35,684 nt of DNA. Origin: Tubiluchus corallicola. Taxonomy: Eukaryota; Animalia; Priapulida. This document shows, piece by piece, positions 12,458 through 24,782 of this stretch. Every line of letters begins with the position of its first letter. Position 1 is the first letter of the stretch. Made by a program: the position numbers and the translations under genes. The DNA is taken from the NCBI GenBank assembly GCA_030141605.1, contig JAQGDQ010001538.1:1-35684 (forward strand). The letters are read 5' to 3'. A model generated the notes under the pieces. It was not told where the DNA came from. It made no database searches and worked only from the letters and a program-made list of their open reading frames with translations.

Positions 12458-12649
12458 CTTTTTCTTAATTCTTATTAACATAGGCATGCAATCCGGTACA
12501 GAAGTAATCATTTGTCAGTTGCAAGGAAACTGGATATCGTAAGGATTTTTCTAAAGTTATTTTGCTAAACTTCATTAACTTGTTAAAGTCCAGATGTTTA
12601 TTAGTTAAATGAGTTCGTGTCCCTGTCCTAACTTCTTGTGGACAATTTC
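12458..12649 (-). CDS. Probable internal exon of the serine protease (3' boundary ambiguous / possibly frameshifted)
   Basis: cagtag| phase-1 start continues GWGALER-G into NCPQEVRTGTRTHL...NDYFCTGLHAY, matching the GxxPxxL...xCAG region. The strong donor AAG|GTAAAG (12458) is out of phase and follows an in-frame TAA; a weaker in-phase GT lies at 12479. Confidence 0.6.
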
Positions 12650-13695
12650 CTACTGATACAACTAAGTTAGAACACGTAATTGCGTATACATTGCATCTTA
12701 GGTTCCTTTAGGTTATGTATTGTAGATCGCACTTGAGCATATTAACTTCAAATAGGCATTTCCTTTTAATTATCAATTCTGTCACAATTCCACATATCGA
12801 GGTTCAATATTATTTTTGGTCACCGAAAAAGTTGGATCTTAACCTGGGTAATCACTCGCATTTTTTTCAAAAATAGTACACCGGGCAAAGTCACGATTTA
12901 TAAATCAGAATACGATGGTCTCAGCAAAAACTCATTTTTTCAACTCTTTGAGTAATAATAGTATAGTTTTGTTGTTTACACTTACATGAGTAAATTTCCT
13001 CGTGTACATGAGTATTATACATGAGCTTTTTATACTTAAACTAATAGTATGTCTCTATTTTATGCTTACGCTAGTAGCATTCTGTGTTGTTTAAATGTTG
13101 ATAGGTAGTATTGTTTTACTGGTTGTTAAATGAAAACAATAGTATGTCTACGCTACTGAAAACAGTATACTTACATAAGTGATACTGCGCGATTTATGGC
13201 GTGCGCAAAACAGAGCTTGCGGCCATGAGTAATATTCCTCGCACCGGCCTGTATTAGACACCACTAAAAGAGCTTTTTGTAAATTATCTTGCATTGGCAA
13301 ACCTGAAAGAAAAGTAAAATTCTAAGCATATAAGCTTAATGAGTGATATATCAAACTTCATAAACCAAAGGGAAAGAAGTTGTAGAAAAAATATGTTACA
13401 AATAAAACGCATGTTTGCATATGTTTGTTTACACAATCTTTCCAGAACCTATTTGCCTCTTATATTATTCCACATTATGATTTGCTTTGAAACTTAATTA
13501 TTAGTTGGTCCTTCCATCTTTAATTGACTTGAGTATAACTATGTACAACTGAATACGATGAAATGATACCATGCACACCATACTTGATAAATAAAGTATA
13601 TTTAGACTTTATGTATGAAAAATGGATAATAACAACAGGAAATGACAAAGTTATAGGTGGCACCATCTAGATGTAAATATTTGAATTTTGCATAC

Positions 13696-13885
13696 CACGT
13701 TCAAGTGCGCCCCATCCCACGAGAATAACTTCTTCTCCAACATAAGTGTGAACGTTACAAGATGGTAGTTTTGCAGGTTTAATATTGTCGCTTCTCTTCA
13801 CCTTTTCATTCATTCTCAAAAGGGCTATGTCATTACGCTCGCCAAGTGACATATTAAAAGCAACATGCGTTTCGTACCAAGTAAC
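13696..13885 (-). CDS. Serine protease exon with catalytic Asp (NDIALL) and GWG motif
   Basis: tttttacag|VTWYETHVAFNMSLGERNDIALLRMNEKVKRSDNIKPAKLPSCNVHTYVGEEVILVGWGALER|gtatgc; phase 0 in, phase 1 out. Confidence 0.92.
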
Positions 13886-14239
13886 CTGTAAAAATACTCA
13901 ACTAAACTTTGTACAACTTAGTGAATTAATCAGTCAAATAGCCGCCCGATTATCTCACTCAAAGAGATTTTTAACTGTTTGTTTTTATTTAGTTTATTAC
14001 CTTATTTTATTTCCAAAAAGCCAATAAAAACAACATTGTTATAATTTGCAAAGAGGAAGTTATGTTAGTACAACAAATAAACAAAATTTAAATTCATCAT
14101 AAATTGATATAACGGCTCAGTGATTACGCAAAATTACTAAATCTTATGGTTTACATCAAAGATCAATTGTTATAACAAATTTGTTGTGGAAAGAATTGAT
14201 GGCTGAAAAAATGCGTCACTAAGATATATGTATGCATTG

Positions 14240-14362
14240 GGGTGGCTGTGGTGTGGTACTATGGTGTGTTGTTGTGTGGTGTGGTGTAAAGTGATGGATG
14301 TGGTGTGGTGTGGTGTGGTGTAGAGTGATGAAAGAGATGTGGTGTGGTCAGGTGAGGTGACG
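14240..14362. repeat. Degenerate (GTGTG)n simple repeat
   Basis: TGTGGTGTGGTGTGG runs. Confidence 0.85.
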
Positions 14363-14671
14363 TGAATATGGTATACAATTTAAAATTATACAAATTTTAC
14401 TTGCTTGTACGAACTAATCCAGAAAAAGAATTGAAATTTAACTTCTGTTGATTATTTAAACACAAATTGATTGAAACAAAAACACAGCATGAACATATTT
14501 GAAGATTTTGGTAGTTCCTTACTAGCTTTAAACATAAGAAATTGATTTACATAACATCTCCTGATTTTGTGTTTATAAGTATGTGTGGGCAAGGAAAAAG
14601 TGTATAGGTGTAGCTTTTGTATTGTACACAAATGTATATTTACATCATAATAGTGTATGTGCTATGCTTAC

Positions 14672-14747
14672 CCAACGAGTTTTTGTCGGCTGAGAGAGTG
14701 TGTTGCTTCCCAGATATATTTTCAAATGTTGTCCCGGAGCCGGTTTA
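14672..14747 (-). CDS. Serine protease exon (VxLG strand region)
   Basis: ttttgcag|t-KPAPGQHLKIYLGSNTLSQPTKTRW|gtaagc; the phase-0 donor joins in frame to VTWYETH of the next exon. Confidence 0.82.
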
Positions 14748-15309
14748 CTGCAAAACGACATTTTGTGTTACTTGTAATATTCTAAACTTGTTTTTCAAGA
14801 TGGACGTTGCAGATTAGATAAACCAATTCGTACTACACGAATTATTATCTACACAAAATGTTGTTTATCAAGCATAATTATGACACAAAACCCACCCTCA
14901 CAGCAACTATAAATTATTACATTACGTTACCTAATAAGACACTACGATATTTGTTACTACGATATTCCAATTTGCTGCAAACTATTTATAATCAATTCGG
15001 ATATAAGAGATACCTGGGCACAGATACTTGTATTCATGATACTTGTATTCATGTTTTAAAATACACTATTGAGTTTTATCGATCAAGGAATACACCATTA
15101 CATAAAAAATTTCGTTGACACTTCTAAAACCTTTGTTGGGAAGAACTTTTTTAAACACCAACAAAACTAATTTTTATAATGAGAAAAATTATCATGAGAC
15201 TGCTAGCATATTTTCATATTAATCATAGTCTTTGTGCTAGGTGAGGTAAATAATAAGGTGTGTAAAGCAATTTTAATTTTGGTAACAGTGTAAGGCAGGA
15301 AGGAATTTT

Positions 15310-16125
15310 ATCTCTGCAGCTATTAAGTTTAAGCACTACTCACACAGGTTGTCGCATTAGTGGATTGATCACTAAAACTGTAAGCCACCGAATACTCTGC
15401 ATCTAGGCTTACTGCCCTACCTGTCAAATATTTGCTAAGAAGTACGATGTCATGTTGATTTCGGGGAAGACAATGCTGCTAACTGTTACTCCCAAAATAT
15501 GGAATCGGTACAATAGGGCTGACACTTATCAGTTCCCTAATTAAACCTGTATAAATTTCTAAGGCATATTGTAACAAATTAGGCATCTGACAAAGAGGAT
15601 ATTGCGAAATGTCTTTTCCTGCTAGAGCAAATATTCTTATCAGAAATTTCTCATTTTCCACTAAAGATGTTAATACACAATTGTTTAAGACCTATTGCTC
15701 AAGCATCTATGCTATTGTGGAGAAACTACAATACCTATATTATTAAAGAATTGAAAGTTACCTATAACAAGTGTAAAAGAAAGCTATTTTCGTTGCCCTA
15801 TGTTGCAGTGCTAGTCAAAAGTGTGTCAACTTTGAAATTCACAACTTTAACAACAATTAAGAATTGAGTACAAGAAAAGCTGTTTATTCTTTCAAAAAAT
15901 GATTAGATCGCTCTAGTAATATTTGAATACAATGTATTTTAAATTCAGATATCAGCATGAATTCTCATATTTTTAACAATTGGAGAACAATTTTATTTAT
16001 AAATGCCCACTCGACAGTGCATATTATATTACGCTGTGAAAAAGTTGTTTAAGCTTGCTTTTGGTAAAGTTTTTATTCTTGCTAGTACTTGTGTTTTTAT
16101 GGAGTAGGTAACGAAATAAATAAAC
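15310..16125 (+). mobile_element. Decayed 5'-truncated LINE (RT thumb/C-terminal region plus AAATAAAT tail), unrelated to the CT-associated family
   Basis: Frameshifted peptides CQIFAKKYDVMLISGKTMLL, RANILIRNFSFSTKDVNTQLFKTYCSSIY and LWRNYNTYIIKELKVTYNKCKRKLFSLP are typical of non-LTR RT C-termini; ends GAAATAAATAAAC. Confidence 0.75.
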
Positions 16126-16168
16126 ATTCCAAAATGAATTCATTACTCATAGATACAGTTAACTGTAC

Positions 16169-16676
16169 TGTTATGAATTTATTTTAAAATAGGAAATTAA
16201 TTAATAAAGTATTTGGAATTAGATTAATTATAACTGTGACGTGTTCTTATCTATGGTTTATATTTTATTGTTTGTGCTCACTAAGGTTTCCCTCACTGTT
16301 TTAGCGGGCAAGCCACAAGGCGTTACATTCTCTAGACTTATCATGGCACCAGTCTTTGTGAATAAACAGATTAATAAGCAAGAAAGATTTATGTTAAATG
16401 TTCTATAAAGTTACGGATGGAAGTTATCGGCAAGTGCTTAACTACTGAGACGCTGATAACATCACTTCTTTAAGTAACGCCTAACTTGCTATTAGGAAGA
16501 CTGTGGTAAGGTAAAATGGGTGACGGCGAAGGTCATGTTTAAGTTACTTCCCCGTATAGTGTCCTGCCTGCACCACCTAGACTAGACCTGCATGGAAATT
16601 TAGCTGCGAACTGGCGAAAATTTCGTCGGGTGTGGGACAATTATGAGGTGGCTTTGAAGCTCAATAAAGCCAATGA
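16169..16676 (+). mobile_element. Ty3/gypsy-like LTR retrotransposon 5' stub: putative LTR (16169-16343), PBS and gag N-terminus (16516-16676)
   Basis: TGT...TCA followed by TGGCACCAG (PBS-like). From ATG 16516, with one in-frame stop: VLPAPPRLDLHGNLAANWRKFRRVWDNYEVALKL, the typical gypsy gag N-terminal motif. Cut off exactly where block A starts. LTR boundaries are tentative. Confidence 0.7.
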
Positions 16677-18930
16677 TGGCATTACCATCCTCTTATATTT
16701 ACCGTGTTGTGTTTAATATTTAATAAATGTGTAGTTCAATAAATAAAGTCTTGATAGTTCGCCATGCTCATTGTGGTTACCTCACACGCCACCTAATAAA
16801 CAACAACAATCAGCAAGCAGCTTTAACCACTATAATAAACAGACTTTAACGCACTTTCTACACCAATTATTTTACGTAAGCTTACATGCTTACCCAAGAA
16901 GGCAATGAGCCGCCGTCATGATCCACCACTGATCGATGAGAGTTCCACCACAATGAGGTTCATTCTCTACTACAAGAGCAACCTTTAGGTAAAAAAATTA
17001 CAAAACAAGTGATACAAATTACCCTTGCTTATTTTCTGTGATTACAAATGATTGTAAATATTTCTGTTGTAGAAAAGTGAGATGTTCCTAGTTTGTTTAC
17101 TTCTACTGAAAGCATAAAATTTGACCAGAATAACTGCTACACCTCAGATGTACTTCATGTACTAATGAGAATATTCATCCTCAGTCTTTATGAACCACGT
17201 CAAACAGATGCTTACTCAAAACCAAAATGAATGCAGCATAGCCTGCAATTGAAACTGTGTTTCACGAGTTTGGTGGCAGTATTGGATTTTCTAAAATGCG
17301 GATGCTGCCAATACTTGCGCCCCAGTTTATAACTGCATGCTGGCCAGAAAAAGCGGATCTCTTCAAACTCTCATTTTGGTTACAAAAACAGATTATTAAA
17401 AATTCAATATGGCAGCATGAGTAAACTTTCACTTGGTTCTGTGTAGACACAGAATTTTGCTTTCTGATCAATATTGAATTAAAGCCTGTCTTAATCATTA
17501 GGATGTGGCTAGCAGACGTTGCCAGGAATTGCAGTCTGCAAGTATGGCATTCAAATGTAGGTTCACTCTACACTTTTTCTTTCTTTTTGTCTTTAGTCCA
17601 TTTCAATAATCATGAACTAATTTCAACTAGTTGAAACAACATCACAGATAACGGGGATTATAGCAACTGGTCAGCTAACATGTGTAGTCTAAACCCTCGG
17701 TAAAGCAGGAACATTGAATTTGCAAAGTAACAGCCTTATGGAAGCATTATTATTGACGTTTCTTATTAACATTTCTGTATAAATAGAAGTTAGTGGTTTC
17801 CTACTTACTTGTTCAATAATTTCTCATTGAATTGTACATTCCTATATGAAAAGCATAACAGGAAATTTCAGTTTTTTGGAAAATAACTCATTTGATAATT
17901 TATGCATACCACAAACGGAAAGTCCCTCCCAATTACATCCTCTCCGCCTCGAATTCTTGGTTCAGCTGTCAAATTGGCAACTAAAAAACAATAAAACAGG
18001 CAACAGAGTGCAAATCATACATTCACCAGATGTTGTTACGTTTGTGATCTTTGATGGCGTCTTTAATTTGTCAATAAAATAAAGTAAATAGCATATATGC
18101 CACTTATGCCATGCGGGGTGTATGACCATTTGTTAATGTGTGAACAATTATAATTTGTCATATTAATATTACTAATCTGTCATATTAATTCTTTATTTGG
18201 CATTAAAATTGTTCACTCATTATAATAAAATTGAGTAAGACTCAACGTATTGTTAAAATAAGAACACTGTTCAAGACAAATGCGTCCAGTGCTGACTAAA
18301 ACAACTTAAGTCTAATTGTTTACAACTATGCAAATATTTACAAACTTGCTATTAAAAGTATTTACAAAACAATATTACAAAATTACACTGTATATACATG
18401 ATATATTACACAATTAAAAAACGCGCATTAGATACACAAATTATATATTCTAAATTATTTTATGTAGATCAGGGGAGGAAGTAGATGAAAGTTGAGTGTG
18501 TGTAATTAATTCCAGATGCATAATTTGGAAGTGAAACTTGTTACTGATTCTCTTTTAATTTCTTTTTAAACTGGTGGAGAGATTTTACTTTTTTTATTTC
18601 AATTCCTTGTTAATGAAGCTTAAGCAACAACGTCTTAACCAATTGTAACCACGCAAACACTTAGTGCGTCACAGCTGTAATGGTTGAATTATTATCCAGG
18701 ATCTTCATTGGGTAAATGAGTTTGTCTTATACAGATTATTTAAAAGTTACTGAGACTAACCTTTGTTAAGTGAACCATTTGCAGTTGTAGAACGTGGAAC
18801 TGATGCAGAAATACATTGGTCAAACCAAAACCATGTAGTACACACTAACGAAAGTAAAGCAGCTGGTTTCATCTATGGCTCACAGACAAGACCACATTCC
18901 TGAAAATGATAATCCAAAAATAATAAATAA
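16677..18930. repeat. Dispersed repeat block A, copy 2
   Basis: Direct repeat of 376-2483; carries an extra ~320-bp segment (about 18100-18421) and lacks about 2285-2468 of copy 1. Confidence 0.95.
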
Positions 18931-19272
18931 TCTTGCTCTCTCCCTCTTGCTTTCTCTCTCTCTGTCTCTCTCTTGCTCTCTCTCTCTCTCTCTTTCTCTT
19001 TCTCTCTCTTTTGCTCTCTCTCTCTCTCTCTTTCTCTCTTGCTCTCTCTCTCTATCTTGCTGTCTCTCTCTCTCTATGTCTTGCTCTCTCTCTCGTTCTC
19101 TTTCTCTCTCTGTCTCTCTTTCTCTCTCTCCCTCTTTTTCGCTCTCTCTCTCTCTCTTTTGCTCTCTCTATCTCTTTTGCTCTCTCTCTCTCTTGCTATC
19201 TCTTTCTCTCACTCTCTCTCTTTCTCTCTCAGCTCTCTCTCTCTTGCTCTCGCTCTCTCGCTCTCTTTCTCC

Positions 19273-19347
<75 letters not shown>

Positions 19348-19412
19348 CCTCTCCCTCTCTCTCTTTCTCTCTTGCTCTCTCTCTTTCTCTCTCTCTTGCT
19401 CTATCTGCTCTC
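18931..19412. repeat. (CT)n microsatellite tract 4
   Basis: Direct observation. Confidence 0.98.
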
Positions 19413-20770
19413 TGCGCATGCGCTCGTTTTGTGCAGGTACAAATCTTGATCGTCCATGAAATTTTTTTATAAATTGGTAATTTAAGTGGTGAAAAATCAG
19501 ACTTACTTGAGAAATAACTTAAGCATCTTAATCTTCGTGATATTGCTGTGCTTTTAATATATAATTTGTCAATTTACGTGGTATGTTGAAAAGGAAATTG
19601 AATCATTTTCTGGGGCTCCCAGAATGGGACACTATCCATTTGTAAACTCATATTAATAATAACGCTGGACATAGTGAAAATCGTTTATGATTTGAAGAAT
19701 GCAGACTGGGCTTTATGGTCTCACACTTTAGAAACTAAAATACGGTAAAATTTTGACAGTATCATTACATGTTTGAATCTACGAAATGCAAAAGAATTGT
19801 GGGAGCGCTTTAAGCATTTGATTACTGAAACTTCTAACGAAATCCTGCCTGTCAAACGTGTATGTAAATATAGTAAATCATCCTGAATTAAAACGTCAGT
19901 CTGAAAATGTTCGACAACTTAAAAAGAGGTATCAGCGTTACTCGTCCCATAACGCCTATAATGCATATGTTCAAGCTAAGGAAGAGCTCAAAAGCAGTTT
20001 AATTTCACAAATAGATAACTGGATTCTCACTAACTCAGTTAATATGAACTCGTCCAAAGGAGTAAACTTTTGGAAGGCATATCATAAGGTAATTCCTAAC
20101 ATAAAAGACAATCAAGTTGACATTTTGAAACATGGTAACCGTTATTATATTCGATGATTCATGGGTAGCCATTTGGAAAATGACGTATTTGATAACAACT
20201 GGAAAGTGTTCGTTGATCAGTTTGTTGATTCCTTAGAATATAGTGAAGGAAACGATGACTCTTTGAATGTTCCTTTCACGATGGACGAACTTACTAAAGG
20301 AATAAAATGAAGTTCCTCAAACGGTATCCATCCTCGAATGATTAAAAGTTTAGGATTTTGAGCCAAATCTGTACTTTTGAATTTTGAATTACACAGTACT
20401 GAACGATATTTGTTTTGCCTAATTAGTAAAATGCAAAGTGACCTCATAAAGAAACATCCAGCCATCGCTGTATTTTGTGATTTTGAAAAGGCCTTTGACC
20501 CACACACTGTCAAAGGCCTTTTCAAAATCACAAAATACAGTGATGTATTTTAATCTTCAAACTCTATCAATTAGGAATTGCTGGAAAGTTTTTGGCTACA
20601 ATCAAAAACTACTGGTTGAGTCGATCATTCTCTATCAGTGTAGGTAAATTCTGTTCTCAAGAGTGTAACAGCAATATTGGCCTCCCGCAAGGCTCTGTCC
20701 TTTCACCTCTGTTATTCATAATTTTCATCTCAGAAATGCTAAATGTTGTAAGATCCAATAAAATGGCAGA
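19413..20770 (+). mobile_element. Decayed, internally deleted LINE (putative 5' UTR, end of endonuclease, partial RT)
   Basis: Starts directly after CT. Fragments EIESFSGAPRMGHYPF, DLKNADWALWSHTLE, KGVNFWKAYHKV, AVFCDFEKAFD and IGLPQGSVLSPLLFIIFISEM, with stops and frameshifts. Confidence 0.88.
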
Positions 20771-20832
20771 CGTCTTCCTTGTAGCTGTAGACGACCGTTA
20801 AAGGCCCAAATACTGGAATTGTACTGGTTAAA

Positions 20833-21168
20833 GTGACATTTGCAACAAAGAAAGACCTCGATTTGGCAATGCGAGAAGGTATCCCAGTTGGAAAAATGTA
20901 TTGTGGTGTGGAGAAATTTGTGTTCAAAAATAGGCCATTGATTTGCTACAATTGTTACAGTTATGGTCATGTCGCAAAATGGTGCGCTCGCAAAGTGGTC
21001 TGTGGAAACTGTGCAGAAAATCATAAGACGGATGATTGCAAAAATGACGAAGAAAAGTGCAAAAACTGCAAAGGTGGTCACAGATCTTGGTCAAGGGATT
21101 GCCCTATCTACAAACAGGAGCAAGCTCGCATAAATGGGGAAGCAGACGACACATGCCATGTTTGCTAG
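20833..21168 (+). pseudogene. LINE ORF1 (gag-like) C-terminus with three zinc knuckles
   Basis: CYNCYSYGHVAKWC, CGNCAENHKTDDC, CKNCKGGHRSWSRDC. Confidence 0.93.
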
Positions 21169-24100
21169 TATAAACAACACATTGAAGGTGTGTCAAATAA
21201 ACATAAACAAATTTTCTAATCACTCGAAATTAGCAGTTGATACATTTGTCAATGATCATCAATGTGATATTGTGGCCTTACAGGAGATCAAAGTACTTGA
21301 AAAAGATATAGCGCAAGTATCTTTATCCAACTACATCAGTTACGCAAAGCCATCCAAAGGATATTCGGGTGGGAGTGGTCTTATGATTAGAACTGGCTTC
21401 ACCAGCTGCAGAGTGCCTGAACTGGAACCTCCTGAGTTAGATACTGTCTGGGTTATCCCATACATTTATGGCAGGAAATATTTGATAAACTCTATATATA
21501 TATATATAACTCCTAACACTCCTCAGCTAGTCAAAATATATGTGAAAAATATTAAAAATGCTTATAAATTTGCCGAGACTCATGGCATAACCAATTTTTT
21601 ATCCGTTGGAGACTTAAACGCGCGTAGTTATGCATGGGACAACAACTTGAACACTCATGGAAGACTTATAAACGACTTACTTGCAGATAATAATATGGAC
21701 TTAGCCGTTATTGCGCCCAACGTAGAAACTTTTCAATCGATAACCGGGAAGAGCATCATAGATATCATTTTAGCATCAAAATGTAGCGCAAATGGTATTT
21801 TAACACAAACAGTGCACACTGACGTTGAGCTGTTTACAGGAGCACCGCAAATGGAACATTTTCCTGTAATTACTGAGTTTAGAGCAGGTGGTCCAAAACC
21901 TGAGAATACTAAGGTCCGCTATGACTTTAAAAATAGCGGTTGGACTCAATGGTCAGCAGCTCTTGAAAATAATTTAAGACAATGTTTCACCAGAATTGCT
22001 GCAGAGTTAGAAACAACAATGCAGAAGCCGTGTGGACACTCTTTTTACAATCTGTTCAGGAAAGCTGTAGTGAAGCGTTAGTGACAAAACGTATCTGCAC
22101 ACACAGCAAGCCATTTTGGACACCACAATTATCTGAACTATCACGAGAACTCAGACAACTAAGAAAGAACTACAAGCGACACTCCAATTATGTCAATGTG
22201 AATGCATATCTTGATAAAAAGACTCAGTTTGAAAACATATTAGCTGCAGAGTTAAATGACTGGGTTGTTAGTAATATTGTCAACTTAAATGTCCAGCAAG
22301 GCAAAGCTTTCTGGAAAACTTATAAAAAAGTGTTTGTTGAAAATTGCCAGAATGAGGTTGCTGTGTTGAAATGGCAGCGAAAATATTATGTAAAAGATGA
22401 AGATAAATGTAAGATATTGTATAACACGTTTTTTGCTGGGGCGCATTTTAGGGATTTTAAGTTATTTTGATCAGGGATGGTATCACCGTATAGAGAACGA
22501 AGTGCAAGGCATAAATTTTGAAGAACCATATAACGTTTGGTATAATGAACCCTTCACTATGAATGAATTAAAATTTGCGATAAACAGTGTGAAAGTAAGT
22601 GATAAAAGTATGGATATTGACGGAAACCACCCGCTCATGGTAAAGCACACTGGGTTTTGGGGGAAAAGTGTACTTCTCAACCCAGCTAATTTGTGCTTAA
22701 CGAAAGGAACATGGCCTTGGCAAAAAGCAAAAGTAGTTTTCATACGCAAAGAAGGTAAAAACGACTACAGTAGCCCATCGAACTACAGGCCCATCATTTA
22801 TTTCATCTTACTTCAGCAAAATAATTGAGAAACTTATTGAAAACCGGTTGAGGAAGTGGTTTAACGATCATAATATTATTGATATAGAACAGGAAGGGTT
22901 CAAGCCAGGGCATAATACAAACCGTTATATACTAAGGCTGGTTTCAGTTATCGAGAGAAAGAGACTTGAAGGGCAACTCGGTATTGGGATATTCTGCGAT
23001 TTCCAGAAAGCGTTTGACAGTGTGTGGATAAATGGCTTAATTTTTAAACTGCTACAGTCTGGTATCAAAGGTAACTTGCTGAATGTATTCTCTAGTTTTT
23101 TAAAACTATCTCGGGGGGGGGGGAGTAAACCCCTACCGGGCGCATCCCCCGGGTGGCGGATGGGGGACCCCTGGCTCACGAGCCAGGGTGCTCCGAATAT
23201 TCAAATAAGGAGCTGTGGACCAAATCCTTCAGGATAGACCTAGCAAGTCACTGAAGTACGTTTTGCTCAAGTAACTCATGGCGAACACAACTGATGTGGA
23301 GGAGGAGAAGACGTATTAAGACAGAGACACCTGGAGAGACGTTATCAAGTGTTCGCCGGCTGACAGATGAAAATCTACCAGGAGGATGGTGAGAAGGTGA
23401 GAAGTTTTTTAAAAAATAGGACAATTGTGATGAAGGTAAATGAATTTATATCAGCAAAAAATCAATGCCATATAGGAGTCCCTCAAGGCTCGGTTTTGTC
23501 CCCTTTATTGTTTATATTCTACATAGCAGACATGTTTAATGAACTGGATTTTAATCAAAACTTAGCTAAGTTTAAATATGCCGATGATGGCACAGTTTAT
23601 ATTTCTGCTGTCTCTGCTCAGGTCTGTCAGGATATTGCACAGCAATGTTGTGATAAATTGTACTAGTGGTGCCAAAAGTGGAGGCAAATTTTAAATTGTG
23701 ATATAGACAAGACTGAGGCTATTATATTTGGCAATGTAAATGAAAATACCATGCCATCGCTAAAAATTGGACAAAAGTCGATAAGTTATGTAAATGATAC
23801 TAAATGTCTGGGAATAACTGTCGACAAACAAATAAGTTTTGATAAACATGTTGCTAAAATTAGACAAAAAGCTTGAAAAAGTGGCACAACATTAAACAGT
23901 TATCTTTTAAGTATAAAGGTGTGAATATGTTCACGATTTTAAAGCTGTTTGAAACAATTGTTGTACGTACCGTCTTTTATGGGTCAGTTGCCAGGATGGT
24001 CAAAAAGCATAGTTATTTTGAAGACCTGTGGTATGATGTTGTCAAAACAGCAGCGGGTGTAGGTTACAATCCTAGCAAAAATGAAATCCAGCATATTTGT

Positions 24101-24782
24101 GGCGTCCCTCCCATTGATATAACGTATGATAATATATGTAGTAAATTTATGTTAAAAGTGTTAGCCAATCCAGATAATGATCTACTTAAGAAGGAAATTG
24201 CTATATGTGAAACCATGCCAAATAATGCTAGATATTGTGTGCATCCTGTAAAAATTCACCTGGCAACTACCAAGTCTTTCTTGAAGATTACAAAGGACAC
24301 TAATATGAGAAATCAAACATTGTCAAATCTCCCGAGAAAAAACTTTATTTATAGAAAAAAGGTTGGCTCGAAATATTTAACAACCCGATGGGAAAGAAGA
24401 TTTTATTATTGTACCCAAAATAGCAAATTTACCACAAGATAGACCTTCACCTATGTTAACGCCACTGTGTCTACCACTAACGCATTACGATAGGCTTATT
24501 GAAACAACTGCATTAAACTTACTTTTAAACAGAGGAACTAAATCATTTCGGTATAGAATAGGCGAACAAAATACAGATTGCTGTCATTGTAATAATGCAA
24601 CTCCTCAAACACCAGAACACATTATATTTGACTGTGATTTGGTAGACCATCAATTTCGGATAAATTTAAGGCAAATTCTGCCCTCAGCCAACATAAGCGA
24701 GATTTATCTAAACAGGGATAAAGATGTGTGCCAGGCATATGTAAATATTGTTAGAGATGTTGTGTGGAAAAAATTGCTATAA
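21134..24782 (+). pseudogene. LINE ORF2: APE endonuclease + reverse transcriptase + C-terminal CCHC, disrupted
   Basis: QININ, DIVALQE, GDLNARS, SIIDIIL (APE); NYRPI, QEGFKPG, CDFQKAFDSVW, GVPQGSVLSPLLF, KYADDG, KCLGITVD (RT); CHCNNATPQTPEHIIFDC. Several frameshifts/stops and a nested insertion; no RNase H recognised. Confidence 0.95.
23106..23402 (+). mobile_element. ~300-bp RTE-derived non-autonomous retroelement (SINE-like) nested in RT, 12-bp TSD
   Basis: TSD AGTTTTTTAAAA at 23094-23105 and 23403-23414; excision restores ...FSSFLK-NRTIVMKVN. GC-rich 5' part resembles RTE 5' UTRs (GCGGATGGGGGA...CGAATATTCAAATAAGGAG); 3' part encodes DRDTWRDVI like RTE ORF ends; tail GGTGAGAAGGTGAGA. Confidence 0.8.

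Noticed and set aside
22848-23237. Novel C-terminal extension on an RT ORF (SRGGGSKPLPG...)
   Set aside because: Read-through into the nested 300-bp insertion, not a real domain.
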